Source: Alphaproteobacteria bacterium
GTDB lineage: Bacteria; Pseudomonadota; Alphaproteobacteria; SP197
DNA: 64,000 nt
NCBI GenBank assembly: GCA_964291415.2
Contig: OZ219918.1
Coordinates: 736,001-800,000 of the forward strand
Direction of reading: 5' to 3'
Shown here one piece after another: positions 50,343-58,640 of this stretch; positions within the stretch are counted from its first letter, which is position 1; every line of letters begins with the position of its first letter. The translations under genes were made by a program, and so were the position numbers. Under the pieces are notes generated by a model. It searched no databases. It had not been told where the DNA came from and saw only the letters and a list, made by a program, of their open reading frames with translations.

Positions 50343-51437
50343 GTGTCCAACGGCGTGATCAGCACGATGCCAGAAGAACTCGACCAGCGGGTTCCCCTGA
50401 AGGCCCGCTTCACCGCATACGACTGTCATTGCGAAGGTGATGTGGAGACCGTCGTCACGTCCGGCCTGCCGGAACTGCCGGCCGGCCCCGTGTTCGAGAA
50501 GATGAAGCACCTGCGCCGGCACCATGATGATATCCGCAGGTTCTTTCTGCATGAGCCGCGCGGGAGTGTCGTCAGGAGCGTCAACTTCATTGTCGCCTCG
50601 GAGCACCCGCAGGCCGTTGCCGGCTACATCATCGCGGAGAGCGAGGAGTACCCGGTCATGTCCGGCGGCAACACCATGAGCGTCGCCACGGTTCTGTTGA
50701 AGACGGGTGCGGTTCCCGTCACCCAACCTGTCACACGCTTCAACCTCGAATCGCCGGCCGGGCTGATCGGAATTGAGTGCGATACGGCCCATGGCAGGAT
50801 CGGCGCGGTCCGACTCGTCAACCGGCCTGCCTTCGTCTACTGCCTCGACCGCGTGATCGAGGTGCCCGGATTCGCGCCGATGCCGGTCGACGTGGCCTTC
50901 GGCGGCATGACCTACGTGCTGGCGGATGCGGCTCATTTCGGTTTCGAACTGGTGCCGTCCGAGGGGCGGCAGCTCTGCGAGGCGGGTCAGGCCGTCAAGC
51001 GGGCCGCGGCGGAGCAGATTCCGGTCAGCCATCCCGAGAATCCGGAGATCGCGGGCATAACGCAGACCCTGTTTCGCTCTCCGGCTGTGCGTGAGCAAGG
51101 CGGCCTCCACTCCAGGAACGCCGTGGTCGTGTCGCCCGGTCGAATTGACCGTTGTCCGTGCGGTACGGGAACGTCGGCCCGGCTTGCCGTGCTGCATGCG
51201 CGCGGACTGATCTCCGTTGGCGAGCCGTTCCTGCATCGCTCCCTGATCGACTCCGCCTTCTCTTCGGAAATCACGGAACTCGTCAGGGTCGGCCCCTACG
51301 AGGCCGTGGTCACCGCCATGAGTGGCCGGGCGTGGATCACTGCGGCGTGCGACTACGTCCTCGAGGCCGACGATCCCTTTCCGGAAGGCTACCGGATCGC
51401 CGATACGTGGCCGACGGGCGGGAGTGGATGGGAGTGA
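50343..51437 (+). CDS. Proline racemase superfamily protein (Ser/Cys catalytic pair)
   Basis: H.EG, EPRG, YP.MSG.N, VD.AFGG..Y, DRCPCGTGTSAR; start may be ATG 50367. Confidence 0.9.
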   Translation: MSNGVISTMPEELDQRVPLKARFTAYDCHCEGDVETVVTSGLPELPAGPVFEKMKHLRRHHDDIRRFFLHEPRGSVVRSVNFIVASEHPQAVAGYIIAESEEYPVMSGGNTMSVATVLLKTGAVPVTQPVTRFNLESPAGLIGIECDTAHGRIGAVRLVNRPAFVYCLDRVIEVPGFAPMPVDVAFGGMTYVLADAAHFGFELVPSEGRQLCEAGQAVKRAAAEQIPVSHPENPEIAGITQTLFRSPAVREQGGLHSRNAVVVSPGRIDRCPCGTGTSARLAVLHARGLISVGEPFLHRSLIDSAFSSEITELVRVGPYEAVVTAMSGRAWITAACDYVLEADDPFPEGYRIADTWPTGGSGWE

Positions 51438-51494
51438 ACCGGGGTGCTGGCGGCTGCGGTCCGCCCGGCAGGGCGCCACTGTCTGCGGTGAGTT

Positions 51495-51680
51495 CCGGAG
51501 GTGTATGGTTCGAGCTTCGAAATAGCCCTGGAGCGGGCAGGGCGGGACTCGACTGTTCGTCGCCCCAGACCATCGCCGAGGCGACGGCGCTCGAAGGTGA
51601 TGTGGTTTGTCTCTTCCATTCGCCGCGGCAGACCGCGTCGGCATCGACAAGGGCGTGGGCGCACGATCCGCGTTCCCTGT
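51495..51680 (+). pseudogene. Eroded fragment of a homocysteine S-methyltransferase paralogous to 55762-56718
   Basis: SSPQTIAE..ALEGDVVCLFHSP vs SSPQTIAEGFDEVMALGGDVVCLFHSP; identical 18-nt (51556/56376) and 15-nt (51611/56443) blocks. Confidence 0.85.
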
Positions 51681-51942
51681 CGGCGTCTTTGAGCGTCTGG
51701 TTGACTCCGCCGCCGCCCGGTCACCAGTATCCCTGGTGATCGGCACGTGGGGACCGGAACGGTCTGCCGCAGCTTCCAAGTCGCCAGTATCAAGAGGGGA
51801 CCGCCGTGACCGAAGGCAGGTGTCTCATTGGCCCCGCAGTCTCCACGTCACCAGCTTCCGCCGCCGCTGAAGGCGATCACGCCGTCATGGCCGCCGGTTC
51901 GCAGACCGTGACCGTTGCGAAGAAGCCTGGATAGGAGGGACC

Positions 51943-52917
51943 TTGGGCGAAGGCGTTCTCACTCCCCAGACCCAGGCGTTTCACGGCACCGTGTCGCTCC
52001 CGCGACGCGAGCTGAAGACCCTGATGCAGCGCTCGGATCTTCCGGCTCTCACCCGTCTTCCGCTGTGGTACGGCGTGCTGGCCTCCACGACCCTTCTGGT
52101 GTGGACGGCGCTCGGCACCTGGTGGCTCGTTCCGGCGATGTTCGTCCACGGAGTGGTGATGGTTCATCACTTCTCGCTGCAGCACGAGTGCATACACTTC
52201 ACCGCGTTTCGCACGCGACGGATCAACGAGTGGGTCGCGGCGTGGTGCGGCTTCTGGATCTGCGTTCCGCCCGTCTTCTTTCGTTACGAACATTGCGATC
52301 ACCACACGCACACCCAGATCGCAGGCCGCGATCCCGAGTTGATTCCCCTGTCCGGCACCGTGTGGGGGCACCTTGCCTATCTGTCGTCCCTGCCGTACTG
52401 GCGCGGCATGCTCGGCGGCCTCCTCAGACACGCATGGGGACGCCTGAGCGTCGCCGAGAGGCGCTTCGTTCCGCCGGAGGAGCGAAAGGCGGTCGTCGTC
52501 GAAGCGCGCGTGTTCCTCGCCCTCTATCTCGCCGTTGCCGTGTCCATGATCGCCTTCGACAGGTGGGAACCGCTCTGGTTCTGGTGGCTGCCGGTATTCC
52601 TGGGCGAACCCGTCATGCGCCTCATCCGCATGACGGAACACGTCGGCCGGCCCAATGTGCGCGACATGACGACCAACACGCGCACCACCCTGGTGTCCTG
52701 GCCCTGGCGCTTCCTGGCATGGAACATGCCGTTCCACGCCGAACACCACTTCGCTCCATCGGTTCCGTTCCATGCCCTGCCCGCGCTTCACGAGACGCTG
52801 AAAGGGCGCCTGCACGTCGAAGCCGGCGGCTATCTTGGCGTCCACCGGGGCATCGTGGACCAGATCGCGGGCCGATCCGCGCGCCTCGGCGACCACGTGG
52901 ATTCCGATGCCCGATGA
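51943..52917 (+). CDS. Fatty-acid-desaturase-like membrane di-iron oxygenase (MocD-like)
   Basis: His boxes HECIH, HCDHH, HAEHH; WNMPFH; TTG start after AGGAGG. Confidence 0.88.
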   Translation: MGEGVLTPQTQAFHGTVSLPRRELKTLMQRSDLPALTRLPLWYGVLASTTLLVWTALGTWWLVPAMFVHGVVMVHHFSLQHECIHFTAFRTRRINEWVAAWCGFWICVPPVFFRYEHCDHHTHTQIAGRDPELIPLSGTVWGHLAYLSSLPYWRGMLGGLLRHAWGRLSVAERRFVPPEERKAVVVEARVFLALYLAVAVSMIAFDRWEPLWFWWLPVFLGEPVMRLIRMTEHVGRPNVRDMTTNTRTTLVSWPWRFLAWNMPFHAEHHFAPSVPFHALPALHETLKGRLHVEAGGYLGVHRGIVDQIAGRSARLGDHVDSDAR

Positions 52918-53224
52918 TCGCTGGCGCGATCTGATCGCCGTTGCCCGCCTTGATCGCGGTGATGTCACGCCCGCGCTTCTCGACGGTCGACGTCTGGCAG
53001 TCTACGACACGCCGGGCGGCATCCACGTGACGTCGGCCCGCTGCAGCCATGGCGGCGCAGATCTGTGCGACGGCTATCTCGACGGTTTCCGGATCGAATG
53101 CCCGTTGCACCAGGGGTGTTTCGACATCCGCACCGGCAAGGCCACCGGTCGTCCGGCGACGCGGCCCATCAGGGTCTACGCCTGCCGTGTCGTCGACGGG
53201 GTGGTGCAGATCGACTGGACGTAG
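52907..53224 (+). CDS. Rieske [2Fe-2S] ferredoxin (MocE-like)
   Basis: CSH...L.DG....IECPLHQG.FD..TG; overlaps the desaturase stop. Confidence 0.9.
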   Translation: MPDDRWRDLIAVARLDRGDVTPALLDGRRLAVYDTPGGIHVTSARCSHGGADLCDGYLDGFRIECPLHQGCFDIRTGKATGRPATRPIRVYACRVVDGVVQIDWT

Positions 53225-53309
53225 GCACGATCACCCGCACTCGCTCCGGGGCAGCTCCGCCTCCTGGCGTCAAGGGCGTTCCGGGAAGGGCAGTTGTTGG
53301 TCTTCTTGC

Positions 53310-53344
53310 GCAAACGAAAAGGGCCCGGCGAACACCGGGCCCTT
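53310..53344 (-). terminator. Intrinsic terminator of the Tat solute-binding gene
   Basis: AAGGGCCCGG-N6-CCGGGCCCTT, followed on the minus strand by a T-rich tail (TTTTCGTTT, overlapping the stem base). Confidence 0.75.
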
Positions 53345-53363
53345 CGCATCGTACCGGGAACGA

Positions 53364-54968
53364 TCAGACGGTGCCTTCGGCGAACCACCAGCGCTCCGGT
53401 GCGCGGTTCCCGTCGAGCGACCATTCGCCCGACACGCTCTCGGTGTGCCGCACGTTGAGCCCGGTGGCCCAGATGTAGTTGCGGAAGAACGGCACGATCG
53501 TGCCGCCGTCGTCGCGCACGAGCCGCTGCATCTCCGAGTACATCTCCCCGCGGAGTTTGTCGTCGAGTTCGGCACGGGCCTGGATCAACAACTCGTCGAA
53601 GCGCTCGTTCTGCCAATGCGCGTCGTTCCAGGGCGCAGGCCCGTAGTAGCCCAGCGAGAAGATCATGTCGGGCGTCGGGCGCGGGCCCCAGCCGCACAGG
53701 CAGAAGGGCTTGACGAGCCAGACGTTCGACCAGTAGCCGTCTTCCGCCTCGCGAATGACGTTGACGTCGATGCCAGCGGCCTTGGCCGACTCCTGGTAGA
53801 GGACCGAGAAATCGACGCCGCCGACGAACGGCACCTCCGAGGTCGAGAAGTCGACGGCGAGGCTGTCCAAGCCGGCCTGCTGGAGATGCCACTTCGCCTT
53901 GTCGGGGTCGTACACCCGCTGCTCGATATCGGGATCGAAGTAGGGCATCGTCGGGGGGATGGGATGGTCGTTGCCGACCGTGCCATGACCGCGCAGCACG
54001 ACGTCGAGCGCGCCCTCGCGATCGAGGGCGTGCTTCAGGGCCAGACGGACGTTGACATCGTTGAACGGCGCAACGTCCGTGTGCATGGGCATGCTGGCGT
54101 GCTGGCCGGTCGCGATCTCCTCGACGATCACGTTCTCGTTTTGGGCGAGGAGATCCGCGGTCTTCGGGTCGGCCTCGATCATGGCGTCGAACTGGCCTGT
54201 CTGCACACCCGCCTCGCGCGCGATCACATCGGTCACCTGATGGATCTCGACGGCGTCGAAGTTCGCCTTGCCCTCCTTGTAGTAGTTGGGGTTCCTCGAA
54301 CCGATGGCCACGATGCCGGGTTCGAACTCCTCCAGCACATAGCCGCCGATGCCGACTCCGCTCCAGTCGATGCTGCCCTCGCCATCGGACGGGAACATGA
54401 CGAAATGATAGTCGGTCATGATGTAGGGCAGGTCGGCGTTGCCGGTTTCGAGATCGATTCTGACGGTGTGGGCGTCCTCGGCCGTGATGTCGGTGACCGT
54501 CGAGAGCAACGCCGTGCCGCCCGAAGTCGAGTTCGGGCCGCGGTGATGGTTGAGCGAGGCAACCACGTCGTCAGCCGTGAAGCTCTTGCCATTGTGGAAC
54601 TCCACGCCCTTGTGCAGATTGAAGAACCAGGTCTTGGCGTCGGGCGTCGCTTCCCAGCTCTCGGCGGCATCGGGACCCAACTCTTGATCGGACGTGATTT
54701 CGGTCAGGTTGTTGGTGATCATCCGCGGCAGGAAAATCTGGAAGGTCGACTCGTAGGTCGCCGGATCCAGGCTGTCAGTGGTGTTGCCGTCGTCCACCGC
54801 AATACGGAACGTGCCGCCCTTCGTCGGCGTTTCCGCCAGCGCGGCGTTGTTTGCGAGCGTGCCAGCCGCGGCGGCCGTCACGCCGAGCGCGGTCGCCTGC
54901 TGGATGAAGTCGCGGCGGTTGATGCGGCCGTCAAGCGCCGCGCGTTTGAGATCGTTCAATGTGGTCAT
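53364..54968 (-). CDS. Tat-exported ABC solute-binding protein, family 5
   Basis: GRINRRDF Tat motif; GVEFHNGK...ADDVVAS.NHH, PF.D.NVRLALK, DGYWSNVW. Confidence 0.93.
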   Translation of the reverse strand: MTTLNDLKRAALDGRINRRDFIQQATALGVTAAAAGTLANNAALAETPTKGGTFRIAVDDGNTTDSLDPATYESTFQIFLPRMITNNLTEITSDQELGPDAAESWEATPDAKTWFFNLHKGVEFHNGKSFTADDVVASLNHHRGPNSTSGGTALLSTVTDITAEDAHTVRIDLETGNADLPYIMTDYHFVMFPSDGEGSIDWSGVGIGGYVLEEFEPGIVAIGSRNPNYYKEGKANFDAVEIHQVTDVIAREAGVQTGQFDAMIEADPKTADLLAQNENVIVEEIATGQHASMPMHTDVAPFNDVNVRLALKHALDREGALDVVLRGHGTVGNDHPIPPTMPYFDPDIEQRVYDPDKAKWHLQQAGLDSLAVDFSTSEVPFVGGVDFSVLYQESAKAAGIDVNVIREAEDGYWSNVWLVKPFCLCGWGPRPTPDMIFSLGYYGPAPWNDAHWQNERFDELLIQARAELDDKLRGEMYSEMQRLVRDDGGTIVPFFRNYIWATGLNVRHTESVSGEWSLDGNRAPERWWFAEGTV

Positions 54969-55269
54969 GATGCCTTCCTCAGTCTGGTTCCGGTCCCAGG
55001 CGCGTACCTGTCCCAATGGGATCGGGGCACAGTAGCCTCGATCATGATCCGTAGCAAAACTCCTTGCCACCTGGGCTCAAGGCGGAGAACGGCCGGCGGT
55101 GATTGACTCCGGGCGAGACCAATAGGGTGGCCGCCTCGCGCCGAGGCGGGTGGCCTGTTCGCAAGCGTGAATGAAGCGCACGAGTCGCAGTTTGTCGCCC
55201 GGAAGTCCGGCCTCCGAGAAACCTGAGGAATCCTCCGCAGCGACATGGCCGACACCCTTCGGCTACTTC

Positions 55270-55620
55270 GCTGCAACCTTCAAGACGCGATTCAACATCG
55301 TCACCGACCATGGCGTCAGGGCTGTACGTGCGGCCGATGAACGGCACCAACGCTGTCGTCCGAAACGGCATCGTCGTACATTTTCGATGCGGCGGGCCCG
55401 CGATGGTCCCGGTTGACCGAGACCCGGCGCTTGATCTCATCGTCCAGCCGGAAGAACGCAAGCCCTGCCGCCTGGGCTTCGGTGATCAGATCTTCGTCAA
55501 TTCCGTGGTTGCCAACTCAGAGAAAGTCCACGTCGCGGTTCGCTTCAAAGACGGCACGAGCGACGTCTGCCTCGCCCGAACCATCGCGGCCTGCGATGAG
55601 TCCTCGAGACCGACAGTCCC
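55270..55620 (-). pseudogene. Fossil isopenicillin-N-synthase-like 2OG-Fe(II) oxygenase
   Basis: Manual translation IAGRDGSGEADVARAVFEANRDVDFL*VGNHGIDEDLI..AQAAGLAFFRL..EIKRRV.VNRDHRG...KMYDDA is the DIOX_N pattern; TGA at 55517-55519; catalytic domain absent. Confidence 0.75.
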
Positions 55621-55761
55621 TTTTCCCCTTTTCGTCCGGCTGCCGAACTGGCGATGCGCGGGTGACGAATGGACACGATGCCGGATGATCCATGAGGGTG
55701 TTTTCGCTGGATGCGCCGGTGATGTAATGTTCGGGCCGGGGCTCGCTCCTGGGAGGGCAAC

Positions 55762-56718
55762 GTGAGCGCGTACGCCAATCTTGAAAGACGTCTGGCGCGG
55801 CGTGAGGTCATCCTTCTCGACGGCGCCATCGGCACCCGGCTCCAGAGCATGGGTGTGCCCATGTCCGGGCTTGCCTGGGCAGCAGCCGCGCTGGAAACCC
55901 ACCCCTTCACCGTGCGCCGCATGCACGAGGAGTACATCGCGGCCGGCGCCGACATCATCACAACCAACACCTATTCCTCGGCACGCCATAACCTCGAGCC
56001 CATCGGACTCGGCGACAAGCTTGTCGAACTCAACCTGCGCGCCGTCATGCTGGCGGAGGATGCCCGCGACAGGAAGGCGAGGGACCGCCCCGTGCTGATC
56101 GCCGGCTCCGTCTCGAACTTCGGCCTGCGGGTCGCCTGCGAGGGAGACTACGAGGAGCGGCGGAGCGAGACCTCCGAGGCCCAGGCCCGGGAGAATCTCC
56201 GCCAGCAGGCCGACATCCTGGCCGAGGCCGGGGTCGACTTTCTGATCGCTGAATCGACCGGTGGCAACATTCATCGCAAGTGGGTTGTCGAGGCGTGTCT
56301 CGCGACCGGCCTGCCGGTGTGGCCCGGCTTCAAGATCAGGCAGGACGACGACGAAGAGACGCCCAGGCTGGGCTATTCGTCGCCCCAGACCATTGCCGAG
56401 GGCTTCGACGAGGTGATGGCGCTCGGTGGCGACGTGGTCTGCCTCTTCCATTCGCCGATCAGGGCGACCGACGCGGCGCTCGACGTGGTGCGTGCCAGGT
56501 GGCAGGGACCGATCTGCGTCTACCCCGAAGCCGAGCGCATGGACTATGTCGACACCTACCGGGACCGGGAAAGGCCAACACCGGTCACGCCGGAGGAGTT
56601 CACGGCATGGGCCAGGGACTGCGTCGAGGCCGGTGTGCAGATCGTAGGAGGTTGTTGCGGCATCGAGATCGAGCATATCCGGCCGTTGCGCGACGCACTG
56701 CCGACACACCTGTCCTGA
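55762..56718 (+). CDS. Homocysteine S-methyltransferase family protein
   Basis: ILLDGA.GT.L, H.EYI.AGADIITTNTY, GVD.L.AE, IVGGCCG. Confidence 0.93.
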   Translation: MSAYANLERRLARREVILLDGAIGTRLQSMGVPMSGLAWAAAALETHPFTVRRMHEEYIAAGADIITTNTYSSARHNLEPIGLGDKLVELNLRAVMLAEDARDRKARDRPVLIAGSVSNFGLRVACEGDYEERRSETSEAQARENLRQQADILAEAGVDFLIAESTGGNIHRKWVVEACLATGLPVWPGFKIRQDDDEETPRLGYSSPQTIAEGFDEVMALGGDVVCLFHSPIRATDAALDVVRARWQGPICVYPEAERMDYVDTYRDRERPTPVTPEEFTAWARDCVEAGVQIVGGCCGIEIEHIRPLRDALPTHLS

Positions 56719-56972
56719 CGGCGTCGGGAGTCTGCGGCTCGACCCTTGACGCGGGCATCACCGGCGAACCAGTCACGGACTTCGTCGAGCGCCGCGTCGC
56801 TATCGACAGGAGCAGGGATGCGGCCGAAGATCGCCGTCACGCGGAGGCGATCGAACGTCTCGAGTTGCTGGGCTGGAGTCCCGATCCGCAGGCCGTGAAC
56901 CCCTGATCCGCAACAACGGCATCGATTCGAACTGTCGGCAGGGCTCCCACACAGTTGGTCAGGAGAATTGAG

Positions 56973-57452
56973 ATGAACGGTGACGACCCGCTGTTTTCAG
57001 ACATCTACCAGGTGGACGTGCCCGATTCCTGGACGGATCACTACGGCCACATGAACGAAGGATACTTCGTGGTGGCGGCCAGTGACGCCTCATGGGCGTT
57101 CCAGGCGCACCTCGATATCGGTACCGCCTACTACGACAGGACCGGATGCGCCCTGGTGACGGTGGAAACGCATGTCCGCTACCTGGCCGAGGTGTCGAGG
57201 GACGAGTGTCTTTCCTTCGACAGCCTTGTCATTGGTCATGACGCCAAGCGCCTCCACATCGGTCATGTCTTTCGTGTCGGTGAACGTCAGTGCGGGACCA
57301 TCGAGTGCATGTGGCTCCATCTCGACCACCAGGCGGGACGAACGAAACCCTTTTCGCCGGACATCGATTCACGCCTTGCCGCGCTGGAGTGGAAGGAGCC
57401 GCCGGAATGGGCGGGACGCCATATCGGGCTCGCAAGGGGCGCGCGCCGGTGA
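56973..57452 (+). CDS. Hotdog-fold thioesterase (resembles the carnitine-dehydrogenase-associated thioesterase)
   Basis: V...WTD.YGHMNE.Y, TVETH.RYL.EV, D.KRLH. Confidence 0.85.
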   Translation: MNGDDPLFSDIYQVDVPDSWTDHYGHMNEGYFVVAASDASWAFQAHLDIGTAYYDRTGCALVTVETHVRYLAEVSRDECLSFDSLVIGHDAKRLHIGHVFRVGERQCGTIECMWLHLDHQAGRTKPFSPDIDSRLAALEWKEPPEWAGRHIGLARGARR

Positions 57453-57536
57453 CTCCAATCCCCGGCCGCTCTGCGCTATAGTGCCGCTCCAGAGAACAGT
57501 CATCACCGGCACACGGCCCGTGATGAATCCGGCACC

Positions 57537-58640
57537 ATGAAATTCTCCCACATTCTCGCAGTTGTCTTCGCGATAGGTGCCGCAGCCTGGGTGCTGTCCG
57601 GCAATCTCGGCGACGATGTGCCCGCAGCAGAGGGCGATGCAGGGCCTGCGCCGGAAACCGTGACCGAGACGCCACCTGCCACCTCCGTCAGGGTCGCAAC
57701 GAGTGTCGCGACACCCCATGCGCTCGAACTGACCCTGACGGGACAGACCGCGGCCGAGAGAATTGTGGCGATCAGCGCACGGACAGCGGGCCGCGTCGAA
57801 TCCGTTGAGGTGCGGGAAGGCGATTTCGTTGATGCTGGCGACCTGATCGCCCGGTTGGCTCCCGACGACCGCATGGAGCGCCTGGAAAAGGCCCGGTCAA
57901 GCGTCCGTCTGCGTGAGATCGAGCACGAAGCGGCTTCCAGGCTGGCAGAGAGCGGTTGGCAGTCCGAAGCCGCGGAGGCCGAAGCGCTGGCCCAGCTCGA
58001 CCAGGCGCGGTCCGACCTCGCGGCCATTCTTCTCGACATCGAGCGCACGCGAATCAAGGCGCCGATATCGGGCATTCTCGAGGAACTCGATGTCGAGGAG
58101 GGATCGATCGTCTTCAGCGGTGCCGTCGCCGACACGCTCGGCAAGATCGTGGATCTCGATCCGATCACCGTTGTCGGCTTTGTCAGCGAAACCCGCGTGG
58201 CGAGCATCGAGACCGGGGCCCGGGGCATGGTGACACTGGCGACGGGAGAGACCGTGTCGGGGATGGTGCGCTACATTGCCAGAACTGCGGATGAACGGAC
58301 CCGGACCTACAGGATCGAACTGGACGTTCCCAACCCGCAGCACACCATTCCGGCTGGCATGACAACGCTCGTGAGGCTGCCGCTGGCGACCGTCCCCAGC
58401 CACTTCCTTTCGCCTTCGATCCTGTCTCTCGATGACTCGGGCACGCTCGGCGTCAAGATCGTCAGCGGGGAATCGACGGTCCGTTTTCTTCCGGTGACGA
58501 TCATTTCCGCGGAAGCCGATGGCTATCACGTCGCCGGGCTCCCGGAACGGGTCACGTTGATCACCGTCGGTCACGAATTCGTCAGCGACGGACAATCCGT
58601 CACTCCGGTCCACGTCGACAGTTCTTCGGGGACGTTGTGA
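57537..58640 (+). CDS. RND efflux periplasmic adaptor (MFP)
   Basis: N-terminal TM; G.V..V.V.EG..V..G, I.AP.SG, TRTY.IE. Confidence 0.92.
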   Translation: MKFSHILAVVFAIGAAAWVLSGNLGDDVPAAEGDAGPAPETVTETPPATSVRVATSVATPHALELTLTGQTAAERIVAISARTAGRVESVEVREGDFVDAGDLIARLAPDDRMERLEKARSSVRLREIEHEAASRLAESGWQSEAAEAEALAQLDQARSDLAAILLDIERTRIKAPISGILEELDVEEGSIVFSGAVADTLGKIVDLDPITVVGFVSETRVASIETGARGMVTLATGETVSGMVRYIARTADERTRTYRIELDVPNPQHTIPAGMTTLVRLPLATVPSHFLSPSILSLDDSGTLGVKIVSGESTVRFLPVTIISAEADGYHVAGLPERVTLITVGHEFVSDGQSVTPVHVDSSSGTL

